Positions 39,444 through 53,540 of a stretch of 64,000 nt of DNA are shown here, piece after piece (position 1 is the first letter of the stretch; the number at the start of each line of letters is the position of its first letter). The translations under genes and the position numbers were made by a program. Below the pieces are notes generated by a model, which worked only from the letters and a program-made list of their open reading frames with translations, did not search any database and was not told where the DNA came from. The DNA is from an uncultured delta proteobacterium (GTDB lineage Bacteria > Myxococcota > Myxococcia > SLRQ01): the NCBI GenBank assembly GCA_963727485.1, contig CAVSGM010000002.1, positions 608,001 to 672,000 of the forward strand, read 5' to 3'.

Positions 39444-42353
39444 CTAGTCGAGGAGCGCCAGGAGGTCGGCCCGGGTGAGCCCCGCGGCGGCCTCCGCCTC
39501 GCCGAGGGCCGCCTCGGCGATCTCCCGCTTCTGCGCCTGGAGGGCGAGGATCCGCTCGTCCACCGTGTCCTCGGCGACGAGGCGGTGGACCAGCACCGGC
39601 CGGTCCTGGCCGATGCGGTGGGCCCGGTCCGCCGCCTGGTCCTCCACCGCCGGGTTCCACCAGGGGTCGAGGAGGAAGACGTGGTCGGCGGCGGTGAGGT
39701 TGAGGCCCGTGCCCCCGGCCTTGAGGGACACCAGCATCACCGGCGGCCCGTCGTCGGCCTGGAACGACGCCACCACCCCACCCCGGTCCCGGGTGCTGCC
39801 GTCGAGGCGGGTGAAGGCGATGCCCCGGGACTCGAGCTCGGGCTCCACCAGGTCGAGCAGCGAGGTCCACTGGGAGAACACCAGGGCCTTGTGGTCCTCC
39901 TCCAGGGCCTCCTCGAGGGTCTCCATGAGGAGGGCCACCTTGGCGCTCTCGCCCCCGTCCTGCCCGGGGACCAGCGCCGGGTGGCAGGCGGCCTGGCGCA
40001 GGCGCAAGAGCGCCTCGAGGGCCTTCATCACCGAGCCCCCGGCGTCGAGGCGCGCGACGATCTCCTCGCGGGTGGCCGCCCGCACCGCGTCGTAGACCTT
40101 GCGCTCGGCGTCGCCGAGGGTGCAGCGCAGCACCACGTCGGTCCGCGGCGGGAGCTCCTTGGCCACCTCGGACTTGAGGCGCCGGAGGACGAAGGGCCGG
40201 ATCCGCGCCCGGAGCCGCGCGGCCACCCCGGGCTCGCCGGCGGCGATGGGCCGGGCGTAGCGCCGGTCGAAGTCGCTGCGCCCGCCGAGGAGCCCGGCGG
40301 CCGCGAAGTGCAGCTGGCTCCACAGCTCCTCGAGGCGGTTCTCGACCGGGGTGCCGGTCAGCGCCAGGCGGAAGTCCCCGGGGAGATCGAAGGCCGCCCG
40401 GGCCACCTGGCTGTCGGGGTTCTTGATGGTCTGGGCCTCGTCGAGGACCACCGACTCCCAGGGGACCGCGCCCAGGACCTCGGCGTCGAGGCGAAGCAGC
40501 GCGTAGCTGGTGACGGTGAGGTCGGCCTCGGGATCGAGGGCGCGCCTTGGGCCGTGGTAGACGTTCACCTTCAGCGACGGCCGGAACCGCGCCGCCTCGT
40601 CGGCCCAGTTCACCAGGACGCTGGTGGGCGCCACCACCAGGGTCCGGCCGCGGATGACGCACAGCGCCTGGAGGGTCTTGCCGAGGCCCATGTCGTCGGC
40701 GAGGAGCCCCCCGAGGCCCGCGTGCCGGAGGAAGGACATCCACCGGACGCCCTGGTGCTGGTAGTCGCGCAGGGTCGCCTTGAGGTCCGCCGGGAGGATC
40801 GCCTCGGGGAGCCCGCCGTCGCCGAGGAGCGCCGCCAGCTCGCGCAGGGCCGGGGGCTGGGGCTGCTCCAACGCCTCGCAGAGGCGCCCGAGGTCCGGGA
40901 GCGCCGCCTTGGGCAGGGCCTCGCGCCCCTCCCGGGCGGCGAGGAGGTCGGCGACCTGGGGCCCGAACTCGGCGAGCCAGTCGTCGGGCAGGGGCGCCAG
41001 GCCGCCCCCCGGGAGTGCCACATGGCGCTCGCCAGCCTGCCAGGTGGCAACCACGGTGGCGCCGTCCACCGTGCCCTTCCCCGGCGACTCGAAGGAGAGC
41101 GAGAAGTCGTCCTCACCCACCTCGAAGTGGGGCACCAGCGCCGGGGCGGCGTAGAAGTCCCGGTGGGCCTTCCCCTCGACCCCTGCGGCGTCGAAGTCCT
41201 CGAGACGCTCGGCGAGCTCGAGGGCCTCCTCGCCGGCGAAGCGCACCTTGCGCCCCACCTCCAGGCCCAGTCCGTCGGCGAGCTGACGGGCCAGGCGCCG
41301 CTCGCCCGCCTCGTCCCGGGCCGGGAGCGCGTCCTTGGAGAGGGCCACCAGGCGCCCGGCGTCCACCCGCGCCACCGGCGGGTCACCGTAGACGAGCAGC
41401 GGCAGCACCGTCAGCTCGCTCCCGTCGCGGCCGGTCTGGAGCACCAGGCGCACCGGGGCCGCCGACCGGCCGGGGAGCCGCCGGGTGCGCACGTCCACGG
41501 GGATGCGGGCCTCGAGGTCCGGGAGCACCTCGCTCACCAGCTCGGGCACCGCCTCGGGACCGAAGATCCGCCCCTGGCGCAGGCTCCGGAGCTCCTCGGC
41601 GGTGAGGTCCGGGTCGCCCACGGCCTTGAGGGTGTCGCCGCAGCGCACCACCCCGCCGGGGAAGACCTCCTCGATGCCCGGATCCTGGATCACCTGGAGC
41701 GAGAAGCCGCCCCCGTGGTCCTTCACCACCGCCACCACCCCGGCCCGCTCGGTGGAGCAGCGCACCGGGGCGTCGTCGAGGCGCACCTCGCCGACCAGCG
41801 AGAGGGCGTCGAGGAGCCGGGCCAGGGCGTGGCGGGGGAGCCACCCGGAGAGCTGGGTCCCCAGCGCCCGCTCCACCTCCCGGTCCGCCGCCGACACCTC
41901 CAGGGGCGGACCGTCCATGCGCACCCGACCCGCGACGAGCGCCGCCAGGGCGTAGGGGATGGGGGCCTCGGCGCCGCCCTCGGTCACCGCCACCCGCTCG
42001 AACTTCAGCCCCTGCGGGGTCCGGGTGAAGCGGTAGCCCACCGTCGCCTTCGCCGGCGCCGTCCCCGCCGGGAGGGGCTGGCCGGTCTGCTCGGCCTGGC
42101 GCCAGGCGATGATCCCGGCGGTGACGTGCTCGCAGGGATCCTCGTCGCTCCCGCAGTCGCAGCCCCAGTCCAGGGCCTCGGGATCGAGCTCCACGGTCCG
42201 GGGCGCCGACGGCGGCGGCGGGGCCACCACCAGCACCAGCGACGCCCCCTCCTGCCCCTGGCGCGACACGGTCCCCCGGCGGTTGAGCTCCACCCCCCGG
42301 GACCAGGCCCGGGGGCTCGCCGCCTCGCGGATCTCTTGAAACAGGGCATCCAT
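39444..42353 (-). CDS. SWIM-finger SNF2-family helicase
   Basis: [77 protein letters not shown]. Confidence 0.93.
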   Translation of the reverse strand: MDALFQEIREAASPRAWSRGVELNRRGTVSRQGQEGASLVLVVAPPPPSAPRTVELDPEALDWGCDCGSDEDPCEHVTAGIIAWRQAEQTGQPLPAGTAPAKATVGYRFTRTPQGLKFERVAVTEGGAEAPIPYALAALVAGRVRMDGPPLEVSAADREVERALGTQLSGWLPRHALARLLDALSLVGEVRLDDAPVRCSTERAGVVAVVKDHGGGFSLQVIQDPGIEEVFPGGVVRCGDTLKAVGDPDLTAEELRSLRQGRIFGPEAVPELVSEVLPDLEARIPVDVRTRRLPGRSAAPVRLVLQTGRDGSELTVLPLLVYGDPPVARVDAGRLVALSKDALPARDEAGERRLARQLADGLGLEVGRKVRFAGEEALELAERLEDFDAAGVEGKAHRDFYAAPALVPHFEVGEDDFSLSFESPGKGTVDGATVVATWQAGERHVALPGGGLAPLPDDWLAEFGPQVADLLAAREGREALPKAALPDLGRLCEALEQPQPPALRELAALLGDGGLPEAILPADLKATLRDYQHQGVRWMSFLRHAGLGGLLADDMGLGKTLQALCVIRGRTLVVAPTSVLVNWADEAARFRPSLKVNVYHGPRRALDPEADLTVTSYALLRLDAEVLGAVPWESVVLDEAQTIKNPDSQVARAAFDLPGDFRLALTGTPVENRLEELWSQLHFAAAGLLGGRSDFDRRYARPIAAGEPGVAARLRARIRPFVLRRLKSEVAKELPPRTDVVLRCTLGDAERKVYDAVRAATREEIVARLDAGGSVMKALEALLRLRQAACHPALVPGQDGGESAKVALLMETLEEALEEDHKALVFSQWTSLLDLVEPELESRGIAFTRLDGSTRDRGGVVASFQADDGPPVMLVSLKAGGTGLNLTAADHVFLLDPWWNPAVEDQAADRAHRIGQDRPVLVHRLVAEDTVDERILALQAQKREIAEAALGEAEAAAGLTRADLLALLD

Positions 42354-42438
42354 CGGGGGTTGTCTACCACCAGCGCGCGCCGGCATCCCAGGCCCGGGAG
42401 GACAACCGGCCGCCCCGAATCCTTCCCCGGAGGCCTCC

Positions 42439-43092
42439 ATGGCCACGCCCCCCGTCGTCCCTCTCGACTTTGAGCGCCTTCCCGAGGCCGAGATGCGCGC
42501 CCGGTCCACCGAGCTCCTCGAGGCGCTGCGCCGCCGCCGATCGGTCCGCGCCTTCTCCCCGGATCCGGTGCCCCTCGAGGTGGTCCGCGCCTGCATCGAG
42601 GCCGCGGCCCAGGCCCCGAGCGGGGCCAACAAGCAGCCCTGGACCTTCGTCCTGGTCACCGACCCCGAGGTCAAGCGCCGCATCCGCGAGGCCGCCGAGG
42701 CGGAGGAAGAGGCCTTCTACGCCGGGCGGGCCGGGGACCGGTGGCTCGCCGACCTCGCCCACCTGGGCACCGGCCCCGAGAAGCCGTATCTCGAGACCGC
42801 CCCGGCGCTCATCGTCGCCTTCGCCCAGCGCCACGGCGAGGACGATGCCCGCCACTACTACGTCCAGGAGTCGGTGGGCCTCGCCTGCGGGATGCTCATC
42901 GCCGCCCTCCACCTGTCGGGGCTGGCGACCCTCACCCACACCCCGAGCCCCATGGGGTTCCTGGCGAAGATCCTCGAGCGCCCGGCGAACGAGCGCCCCT
43001 ACCTGCTCCTCCCGGTGGGCTACCCGGCGGCGGGTTGCGTGGTCCCGGCCATCGATCGCAAGCCCCTTGGCGAGGTGCTGGTGGAGGTCTAG
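42439..43092 (+). CDS. Nitroreductase family, iodotyrosine deiodinase (IYD)-like
   Basis: [65 protein letters not shown]. Confidence 0.85.
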   Translation: MATPPVVPLDFERLPEAEMRARSTELLEALRRRRSVRAFSPDPVPLEVVRACIEAAAQAPSGANKQPWTFVLVTDPEVKRRIREAAEAEEEAFYAGRAGDRWLADLAHLGTGPEKPYLETAPALIVAFAQRHGEDDARHYYVQESVGLACGMLIAALHLSGLATLTHTPSPMGFLAKILERPANERPYLLLPVGYPAAGCVVPAIDRKPLGEVLVEV

Positions 43093-43157
43093 CCCCGGCG
43101 AGGGGGGCCTTGCGACGGTGGCCCTCCCGACCCACCGTGGCCACCGGAGGGATCCCC

Positions 43158-44519
43158 ATGCAGCCACGCTACGATCTCGTCGTCCTCGGCTCTGGAAACG
43201 CCGGCCAGAGCGCCGCCGGCCTCGCCCGGAAGGCCGGGTGGTCGGTCCTGGTGGTCGACGACCGCCCCGTCGGAGGCACCTGCGCCCAGCGCGGGTGCGT
43301 GCCCAAGAAGGTCCTGGTGGCCGCCACCGAGACCCTCGACGCCATCGGCCGCGCCGGCCGCCAGTCCATCGAGGTGGGCGAGGCGCGCATCGACTGGCCG
43401 GCCCTCGTCGACCGGGAGCGGGGCTTCGTCGAGGGCACCCCCGACGCGGTGACCGGGTGGCTCGAGGGCCTGGGGATCGACGTGGCCCGGGGCCAGGCCC
43501 GTTTCACCGGCCCCACCCGCCTCGAGGTCGGCGGTGAGGCCGTCGACGCCGGCCGGGTCCTCATCGCGACCGGCTCCACCCCGAGGCCCCTGCCCTTCGA
43601 GGGCGCGGACCAACTGGTCACCAGCGACGACCTCCTGCGGATGCGCGAGCTGCCGGCGTCCATCGTCTTCGTCGGCGCCGGGGTGGTCTCCCTGGAGCTC
43701 GGCCACGTCCTCGCCCGGGCCGGCAGCCGGGTGACCCTGCTCGAGGCCCTCGACCGGCCGCTGCCGGGGCGGGAAGAGGCGCTCGTCGACGGGCTCCTCG
43801 ACGCCACCCGAGCCCTGGGCGTCGAGGTGCGCACGGGGATCCAGGTGGAGGCGGTGCGTCCCGCCGGGGGGGGCTTCGAGATCCGCTACCGCGACCGCGA
43901 CGGCGACGAGGGGAGGACCCTCACCGCGGACCGGGTGGCCCACGGCGCCGGGCGGGTGGCGGCCCTCGACGCCCTCGACCTCGCCGCCGCCGGCGTCGAC
44001 CGGGACCCCAAGGGCCGGCTTCAGCTCACCGCTCACCTCCAGAGCCGCTCCAACGAGGCGGTGTGGGCCGCCGGCGACGCGGTCCCCGGGAGCCCCCAGC
44101 TCTCGCCGGTGGCCACCTACGAGGGCCGCATCGCCGGGGAGAACCTGGTGAAGGGCACCCGGCGCGTCCCCGAGTACCGGACCGTGCCCAGCGCCGTGTT
44201 CACCGTCCCCACCCTGGCGATGGTCGGGGAGACCGAGGCCGCCGCCCGGGACCGGGGCGCCGAGGTGGAGGTGAAGGAGGCGGACATGGCCGGGTGGATC
44301 TCCGGTCGGACCCACGCCGAGGACGTGGCCCTCGCCAAGGTCGTGGTCGATGCCGGGAGCCGGCAGGTCCTGGGGGCCCACCTCCTGGGGCACGGCGCCC
44401 CGGAGGTGATCCACGCCTTCACCTTCGCCATGCGCTACCAGGTGCCGGTGGACGAGCTGGCCGACGGGGTCTACGTCTATCCCACCTTCCACGCCGACCT
44501 CCGCAGCGTCCTCGGGTAG
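43158..44519 (+). CDS. Class I pyridine nucleotide-disulfide oxidoreductase (glutathione/mercuric reductase-like)
   Basis: GSGNAG, GGTCAQRGCVPKK, IATGS, GAGVVSLE, WAAGD, C-terminal YPT. Confidence 0.88.
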   Translation: MQPRYDLVVLGSGNAGQSAAGLARKAGWSVLVVDDRPVGGTCAQRGCVPKKVLVAATETLDAIGRAGRQSIEVGEARIDWPALVDRERGFVEGTPDAVTGWLEGLGIDVARGQARFTGPTRLEVGGEAVDAGRVLIATGSTPRPLPFEGADQLVTSDDLLRMRELPASIVFVGAGVVSLELGHVLARAGSRVTLLEALDRPLPGREEALVDGLLDATRALGVEVRTGIQVEAVRPAGGGFEIRYRDRDGDEGRTLTADRVAHGAGRVAALDALDLAAAGVDRDPKGRLQLTAHLQSRSNEAVWAAGDAVPGSPQLSPVATYEGRIAGENLVKGTRRVPEYRTVPSAVFTVPTLAMVGETEAAARDRGAEVEVKEADMAGWISGRTHAEDVALAKVVVDAGSRQVLGAHLLGHGAPEVIHAFTFAMRYQVPVDELADGVYVYPTFHADLRSVLG

Positions 44520-44562
44520 AGCCCATCCCCCGAACTGGGGAGGGGAAATCCGACCGCGGTCG

Positions 44563-44607
44563 TTGACACGGCAATGTTGCCGGACCTAATAGTTGCATCT
44601 CGCAACT
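44563..44607 (+). promoter_or_regulatory. Promoter with MarR-type operators
   Basis: TTGACA at 44563; palindromes GGCAA-TG-TTGCC (44570-44581) and AGTTGC-N5-GCAACT (44591-44607). Confidence 0.65.
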
Positions 44608-44625
44608 TTCTTGGGTCGCGACCAC

Positions 44626-45114
44626 ATGGCCACACACGCCCGCGTCACCGACCAGGTCGAGCAGCTCCGGCAGATCATCCTCCGGGTGGGACGGATCCGC
44701 TCGCTCCGGGACCCGCTCGGGACCCTCGTCGAGGACCTGAGTGACATCAGCCCGCCGCAGCTCCACGCGGTGATGTGGCTGGGCAACGAGGGGGAGCTCC
44801 CGATGGGCGTGCTGGCCCAGCGCATCGGCGCCACCCTCCCCGCCTGCACCCGGATCGTGGACCGGCTCAAGAGCGCGGGCTATCTCCTCCGCGAGCGGGA
44901 CACCCACGATCGCCGGGTGGTCCGCGTTCGGCTCTCCGCCAAGGGCACCCGCCTCCACGAACGCTTCGAAACCGACTTCCGCGAGCAGCTCGGCTTCGTC
45001 CTCGGGGCCCTCTCCGACGACGACCGCACCTCGCTGCTCGCCATCCTCGAACGTCTCGCCGCCACCCTCTCCGCCTGGGCCGAGGCCCGGGAGGACCACG
45101 AGAGGTCGACATGA
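44626..45114 (+). CDS. MarR family transcriptional regulator
   Basis: ISPPQLH..LAQRIG..TRIVDRL..GYL.R..DRRVVRVRLSAKG. Confidence 0.9.
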   Translation: MATHARVTDQVEQLRQIILRVGRIRSLRDPLGTLVEDLSDISPPQLHAVMWLGNEGELPMGVLAQRIGATLPACTRIVDRLKSAGYLLRERDTHDRRVVRVRLSAKGTRLHERFETDFREQLGFVLGALSDDDRTSLLAILERLAATLSAWAEAREDHERST

Positions 45115-46235
45115 CCCGCCACCAGAGCATCTCCATCGCCATCCTCACCCTCGGCCTCGCCCTCGGGCTCGCCGCCTGCAACAAGACCAAGGTCAAGTCC
45201 GGTGACGACGCCCTGCCCATCCGCGCCGTCGAGGTCACCAAGGTCGGCACCCACGACCTGGTCCACAAGGTCGAGGTCCTCGGCGAGCTCGAGGGCATCA
45301 GCGAGATCCGGGTCTTCGCCCAGGTCCCCGAGCGCATCCGGGCCATCGCGGTGAAGCAGGGGCAGCAGGTGAAGGCCGGCCAGCTCATCGCCGTGCTCCG
45401 GGGCGAGCTCCAGAGCGAGGCGGTGACCCAGGCCGAGGCCGGCCTCGAGGCGGCCAACGCCAACGCCGACGCCCTCCGGGACCAGCTCACCCGGGTCAAG
45501 GCCCTGGTGAAGGCGGGCACCGCCAGCCGCTCCCAGCTCGACTCCCTCCAGGCGCAGCTCAACGCCGCCGAGGCCCAGGTGAGACAGGTCACCGCCAGCC
45601 TCTCCCAGGCGTCGACCCAGAAGAGCCGGACCCTGATCCGCGCCCCCATCGCCGGGGTGGTGGCCGAGCTCCGGGTCCACCAGGGCGACATGGCGGCGCC
45701 CCAGGTGCCCCTGTGCACCATCGTCCGGTCCGATGAGCTCAAGGCGGTGCTCCGGGTCCCCGAGCGGGAGTTCCTCAAGGTGAAGGAGGGCATGCCCGCG
45801 GTGCTCTCGCCGCTCGCCGATCCTTCGGTGACGGTGGACGCCCAGGTCACCCTCAAGGGCCCGGTGGTCGACCGGATGAGCCGGACCGGCGACGTGGAGA
45901 TCCACCTCGACAACAAGGACGGCAAGCTGGTCGCCGGCAGCGCGGTGCGGGTGGACATCGAGCTCTCGCGCAAGAAGGACGTGGTGATGGTGCCGGCCTC
46001 GGCCCTGATCTTCACCCCCGAGACCTCGACCACCGGCAAGGCCCTGGCCTTCGTCGTCGACCCCCAGGCCAAGATCGCCCACCGCCGCGACGTCATCATC
46101 GGCGACCGGCAGCGCAGCCTCATCGAGATCAAGCAGGGCCTCAAGCCCGGCGACGAGCTGGTGACCCTCGGGGCCCAGCTCCTCCGGGACAAGAACCCGG
46201 TGAAGATCGTCTCCAACGACGTGGCGGGGAGCTGA
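45111..46235 (+). CDS. RND efflux periplasmic adaptor (MFP) lipoprotein
   Basis: Lipobox LAAC, VKQGQQVKAGQLIA, IRAPIAGVV, GLKPGDELV. Confidence 0.9.
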   Translation: MTRHQSISIAILTLGLALGLAACNKTKVKSGDDALPIRAVEVTKVGTHDLVHKVEVLGELEGISEIRVFAQVPERIRAIAVKQGQQVKAGQLIAVLRGELQSEAVTQAEAGLEAANANADALRDQLTRVKALVKAGTASRSQLDSLQAQLNAAEAQVRQVTASLSQASTQKSRTLIRAPIAGVVAELRVHQGDMAAPQVPLCTIVRSDELKAVLRVPEREFLKVKEGMPAVLSPLADPSVTVDAQVTLKGPVVDRMSRTGDVEIHLDNKDGKLVAGSAVRVDIELSRKKDVVMVPASALIFTPETSTTGKALAFVVDPQAKIAHRRDVIIGDRQRSLIEIKQGLKPGDELVTLGAQLLRDKNPVKIVSNDVAGS

Positions 46236-46237
46236 CC

Positions 46238-49357
<3,120 letters not shown>

Positions 49358-49400
49358 CCTGCCACCCCACGTTCCTCCTCGACGTCTCGGAGTCCTCCCG

Positions 49401-50923
49401 ATGCGACGCGCGCTTCTCACCCTCCTCGCGGTCCCGCTCCTCGCCCTCAACCTCCCCGCCCTGGCCCAGAGCGCCGACACCAGCGCCACCGACGACGGCG
49501 CCGGCCACCCGGTGCTCACCCTCCAGCAGGTGGTGCAGGCGGTGAAGGACAACAACCCGGACCTCGCCGCCGCCCGGGCGCGCCTGCTCGCCGCGGCCAC
49601 CGGGGTGCAGCAGGCGTGGTCCAGCTACCTGCCCCAGGCGAGCATCGGCGCCACCTATACCCACAACAGCGTCGAGGCGAAGCTCGCCTTCCCCAACTTC
49701 TCCAAGGGCTTCATCTTCGACCCGGGCCGCCCCCGACGGCGACCCCCAAGGAGATCGACCAGATCACGGTCCAGGCCCAGAACCAGTTCGGGGCCCGGGC
49801 GCAGATCCAGCAGCCGATCTTCGCCGCGCCGGCGATCCCGGCGATCATGGCCTCGTACAAGGCCCGGGAGATCGCGACCCTCTCCGAGAAGGAGGTCGAG
49901 CGGGCGCTGCTCTTCGGCTCCGCCGAGGCCTACTACGGGGCCGCCGGGCTCCGCGAGGCCCTCAAGCTCAACAAGCAGCAGCTCACCCTGCTCCGGGAGC
50001 ACCTGCGCACGGCCCAGGCGGCGCTGGCGGCGGGGTCGGTCCCCGAGCTGGCGGTGCTCCGGGCGAAGATCGACGTGAGCCGCGCCGAGCAGGACGTGCT
50101 CCGGGCCACCAACGCCTACGCCACGGCGCGCGGCGCCCTGGCCACGCTCATGGGCCGCCCCGACATCGACTTCAACGTGGCGCCCTTCGTGGAGCCCAAG
50201 GCCGCGGCCGCGGCACCGGGCGAGGTGCCCGGCCTGGTGAAGGACGCCCTGGGGACCCGCCCGGACTACGAGGCGGCCCAGCTCGGCGTGGACGCGGCGT
50301 CGCTGGGCAAGAAGGCCATCTGGGGCCAGTTCCTGCCGATCATCGGCGTCGGCTTCAACTACGACTACGCCAACATCAAGGGCTTCACCGGGAAGAACGG
50401 CTCCTGGGCCCTGATGCTCACCGCCTCCATCCCCATCTTCGAGGGCGGGCTGCGCTTCGCCAAGCTCCAGGAGGCCGACGCCCAGATCACCGAGGCCCAG
50501 GCCCACGTGCGCTCCCTCCAGCACCAGATCCGCCAGGAGGTCCGCCAGAACGCCCTGGACATGGCCTCGGCCCAGGCCTCGCTCCAGAAGGCCGACGAGC
50601 AGGTGCGCCTGGCCAACGCCAACTGGAAGGCCGTCGAGCAGTCGTTCAAGGTCGGGGCGAGCTCGGCCATCGACGTCACCGACGCGGCGAACGCGCTCCA
50701 GTCCGCGGAGCTCGGGCGGGTGGCCGAGGCGATCCAGCTCCAGGTGGCCCACCTGAAGCTGCGCAAGGCCCTCGGCGACGGGACGCCGCTGGCGCACCTG
50801 GCGCTGCCCACCACCCCGGTGGAGGCGCCGCCGATGCCGAAGATGCCCGAGCCGGCGCCGGCGCCGGCGCCGGAGAACGCGCCCCAGGCGGCCCCTGCAC
50901 CTGCACCCACGAACGGCAAGTAG
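49401..50923 (+). CDS. TolC family outer membrane efflux protein (frameshift near 49727)
   Basis: Signal peptide, LTLQQVV..NNPDL, QQPIF, RPD, SIPIFEGG; split across two frames. Confidence 0.85.
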
Positions 50924-50947
50924 GTCGCCGGACGGTGGGGGCGGACA

Positions 50948-50971
50948 GGGGGCGTTCGGCGCGCCCGTTTG
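50948..50971 (+). terminator. Possible intrinsic terminator after tolC
   Basis: GGGCG-loop-CGCCC followed by GTTT, inside a longer imperfect hairpin between convergent genes. Confidence 0.3.
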
Positions 50972-51055
50972 ATCCGGCGCCTTTGAGACACGCCCCCACA
51001 GGCCCCGTCCCACTCGGCGCCTGAACCCTTCCGACGAGCACCCGGGACGGGTCCC

Positions 51056-52072
51056 CTACCCGTCCGCGGGCTCCGGATTCCGACCCGCCGCCCAACCCCA
51101 GCCCCTCCAGGAACCCGAACGTCTCCTGCCAGGCAGCCTTGGCCTGCGCCCGCCAGTAGAACGCATGGAAGGCGTGGAGCTCGCCGGGATAGACCTGGAG
51201 GGACACGGGCACGCCGCGGCGCTCGAGGGCCCGGCCCAGGCGCCTGGTGTCGTCGAGGAGCGGATCCCGGGTGCCGGCGAAGGCGAAGAACGGCGGCAGG
51301 GGCCGCACCGGCTCGACGTCCGACTCGAGGATGCACAGGGGGTCGGCGAGGGCTCGGCGGGCACGGCGGGATCGGCGCCGCCGAGGTAGGCGCCGGCGAC
51401 CTCGTCGAGGCGGTCCTGGACGAAGGGCGGCAGGCGCCGGCGCCGGGAGAAGCGCCCGGGGTCGGTGACCTGGAGGACCCCGCAGGCGGGGATCACGGCC
51501 CTCGGCGCCGGGAGCTCGCGCAGCGGCCGCGCGTAGGGCTCGGGGCGGTCGAAGCAGGCGGCGACGGTCAGCGCGGTGACCAGGTTGGCGCCGGCGCTCT
51601 CCCCGGCGAGGACCAGGCGCGCGGGGTCGCCGCCGTAGCGCGCCGCGGCCCCGGCGACGAAGGCGTAGGCGGCGGCGGCGTCTTCCAGAGCCGCGGGGAA
51701 CGGGTGCTCGGGGGCCAGGCGGTAGTTGGCGTTGAACACCAGGTAGCCGCGCCGGGCGAAGGCCAGGCCCATGAGCCAGTGGCTGTCCTTGGAGAGGATC
51801 CGGAAGCCCCCGCCGTGGAGGTAGAGGACCACCGGCCAGGGGGGATCGCCGGCGGGGCGGTAGACGTCGAGGCGGTGGGCCCGATCCCCCGCTGGGAGGT
51901 ACGGCACGTCCCGGAGGATCTCGACGCCATGTCGCGCCGGGCGCGCCCGGGGGTGGAGGCGCCCGGCCCGGGAGAGCAGGCGGAAGGCGTTGTCCACGGC
52001 GAGGGCGCCGGCGCGCTGGCGGGCGCGGCGGGTGAGGGCCGCGAGGTCCGGGGGTTCGAACGGTAGAGGCAT
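51056..52072 (-). CDS. Alpha/beta hydrolase (HSL-family esterase; frameshift near 51350, 3' end uncertain)
   Basis: HGGG, YRLAPEHPFP, GESAG; catalytic D/H region (GTRDPLLDD, HAFH) is in the shifted frame. Confidence 0.82.
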   Translation of the reverse strand: MPLPFEPPDLAALTRRARQRAGALAVDNAFRLLSRAGRLHPRARPARHGVEILRDVPYLPAGDRAHRLDVYRPAGDPPWPVVLYLHGGGFRILSKDSHWLMGLAFARRGYLVFNANYRLAPEHPFPAALEDAAAAYAFVAGAAARYGGDPARLVLAGESAGANLVTALTVAACFDRPEPYARPLRELPAPRAVIPACGVLQVTDPGRFSRRRRLPPFVQDRLDEVAGAYLGGADPAVPAEPSPTPCASSSRTSSRCGPCRRSSPSPAPGIRSSTTPGAWAGPSSAAACPCPSRSIPASSTPSMRSTGGRRPRLPGRRRSGSWRGWGWAAGRNPEPADG

Positions 52073-52141
52073 CGGCTCCAGTGTAGCGCCCGCCGGGCCT
52101 CGGGGTTGTCACGGGCCGACGCAGGGACTACACCCGCGCCC

Positions 52142-53083
52142 ATGGCGCACCCGACCTTCCTGCTCTCCCATCCTGGTCCCGACTGGCAGATCCGCGGCGC
52201 GGTGAACTTCCGCTCCGCCGACCGGCGCCCCACCAACCCCCGCGACGCCCTGCGCGAGTGGATCCGCCTCGCCGACGCCATCACCGAGCTCGGTGGCGAG
52301 GTGGTGGTGATGCCGCCCCAGCGGGTGGACCCGCCCCTGACGGGCCTCATCTACGCCGCCAACCACGGCGCCCTCTACACCGGCACCGGCGAGGACCGCT
52401 TCGTGGTGGCGAAGATGCACGTGGCGCACCGCCGGGCCGAGGCCGACCCCATCGCCCAGTTCGTGAAGCAGGAGATGGGCCTCACCGTCGAGCACGCCGA
52501 GCACACCTGGGAGGGTCAGGCGGACATCTGCACCCTCTCGCCGACCCACCTCATCCTCACCTTCGGGGTGCGCACGGTGCGCGAGGCCTGCGACGACGTC
52601 CGCGCCCGGCTCCCCCAGGGCGTGGCCACCCTCGACGCCAAGCTCCGCGACCCCTGGTTCCACGGCGACACCTGCCTCTCGCCGCTGGTCGCCGGCGACG
52701 GCCACGGGGTGCTCCTCGCCTTCCCCGGGGCCCTGGTGGACCGGAGCCTCGCGGACCTCTCGGCCTTCGCCCCCGACGAGGAGGTGGTGCCCATCACCGA
52801 GGCCGACGCCCTGGCCTACGCCTGCAACGCCCTGCAGGTGAACGACACGGTGCTGGTGCCAAAGGGCGTGAGCGACACCCTGATGGCCCAGCTCGAGGAC
52901 CGGGGGATGAAGGTCGAGGTCCTCGGCTTCGACGAGCTCTTCGGCAAGGGCGGCGGCGGGCCCCGGTGCCTGGTCAACGTGCTCCGGGGCCTGGACCCGG
53001 CGACGCTGCCGAGCGACGTGAGGTTCGGCCACCAGCGCGAGGCGATCCTGGAGCTGGCCGAGTCGTACCCCGCGTCGATCTAG
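52142..53083 (+). CDS. Amidinotransferase/dimethylarginine dimethylaminohydrolase family protein
   Basis: YAAN, RRAE, WEGQAD, FHGDT, YACN, GGGGPRCL pentein motifs. Confidence 0.8.
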   Translation: MAHPTFLLSHPGPDWQIRGAVNFRSADRRPTNPRDALREWIRLADAITELGGEVVVMPPQRVDPPLTGLIYAANHGALYTGTGEDRFVVAKMHVAHRRAEADPIAQFVKQEMGLTVEHAEHTWEGQADICTLSPTHLILTFGVRTVREACDDVRARLPQGVATLDAKLRDPWFHGDTCLSPLVAGDGHGVLLAFPGALVDRSLADLSAFAPDEEVVPITEADALAYACNALQVNDTVLVPKGVSDTLMAQLEDRGMKVEVLGFDELFGKGGGGPRCLVNVLRGLDPATLPSDVRFGHQREAILELAESYPASI

Positions 53084-53095
53084 CCTCGAGGCCGG

Positions 53096-53512
53096 TCAGC
53101 CGCCGCAGATGGCAGGACCGCCCACCTTGGCGGCATAGGCGTTGGCCGCCGCGGCCTGGGCAGCGGACGCCGCGCGGAAGGCGTCGCCGGTGCACTCCGA
53201 CTTGCATGCGCCGTTGAAGACGCTGGAGGTGAGCTGGGCGTCGCAGCTGGCTCTCGGCACGTCGGTGAACACGCAGTCCAAGCAGGCGTAGATCGTCTGC
53301 CGCTGGGTGTCGGTGACCGCGTCCATCCCCGCCTGGCAGCCTGCCCGGCACCGCTGCACCGCCTGGCTGTAGCTCACCTGGAGCTGGCAGTCGTTGGCAT
53401 CGGAGCACGTGTAGATCCGTTCGCAGTAGTTGGTGCACAGGTCTCCGCGGCAGCCGCAGAGCACCATCACCAGGAGCGGCAGGACACTGACAGTGGCTCG
53501 AGTCACCTCCAT
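53096..53512 (-). CDS. Small Cys-rich lipoprotein
   Basis: VMVLCGC lipobox; many regularly spaced Cys. Confidence 0.6.
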   Translation of the reverse strand: MEVTRATVSVLPLLVMVLCGCRGDLCTNYCERIYTCSDANDCQLQVSYSQAVQRCRAGCQAGMDAVTDTQRQTIYACLDCVFTDVPRASCDAQLTSSVFNGACKSECTGDAFRAASAAQAAAANAYAAKVGGPAICGG

Positions 53513-53540
53513 CAGGGTAACCTACCCTGGGAGGACTTTC

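Noticed and set aside
39444..42353. SNF2 helicase as part of an anti-phage system
   Set aside because: It is an ordinary stand-alone SWIM-SNF2 with host-like codon usage and no methylase or nuclease partners.
43158..44519. Mercuric reductase MerA
   Set aside because: It lacks the C-terminal CC pair, the N-terminal HMA domain and any mer gene context.
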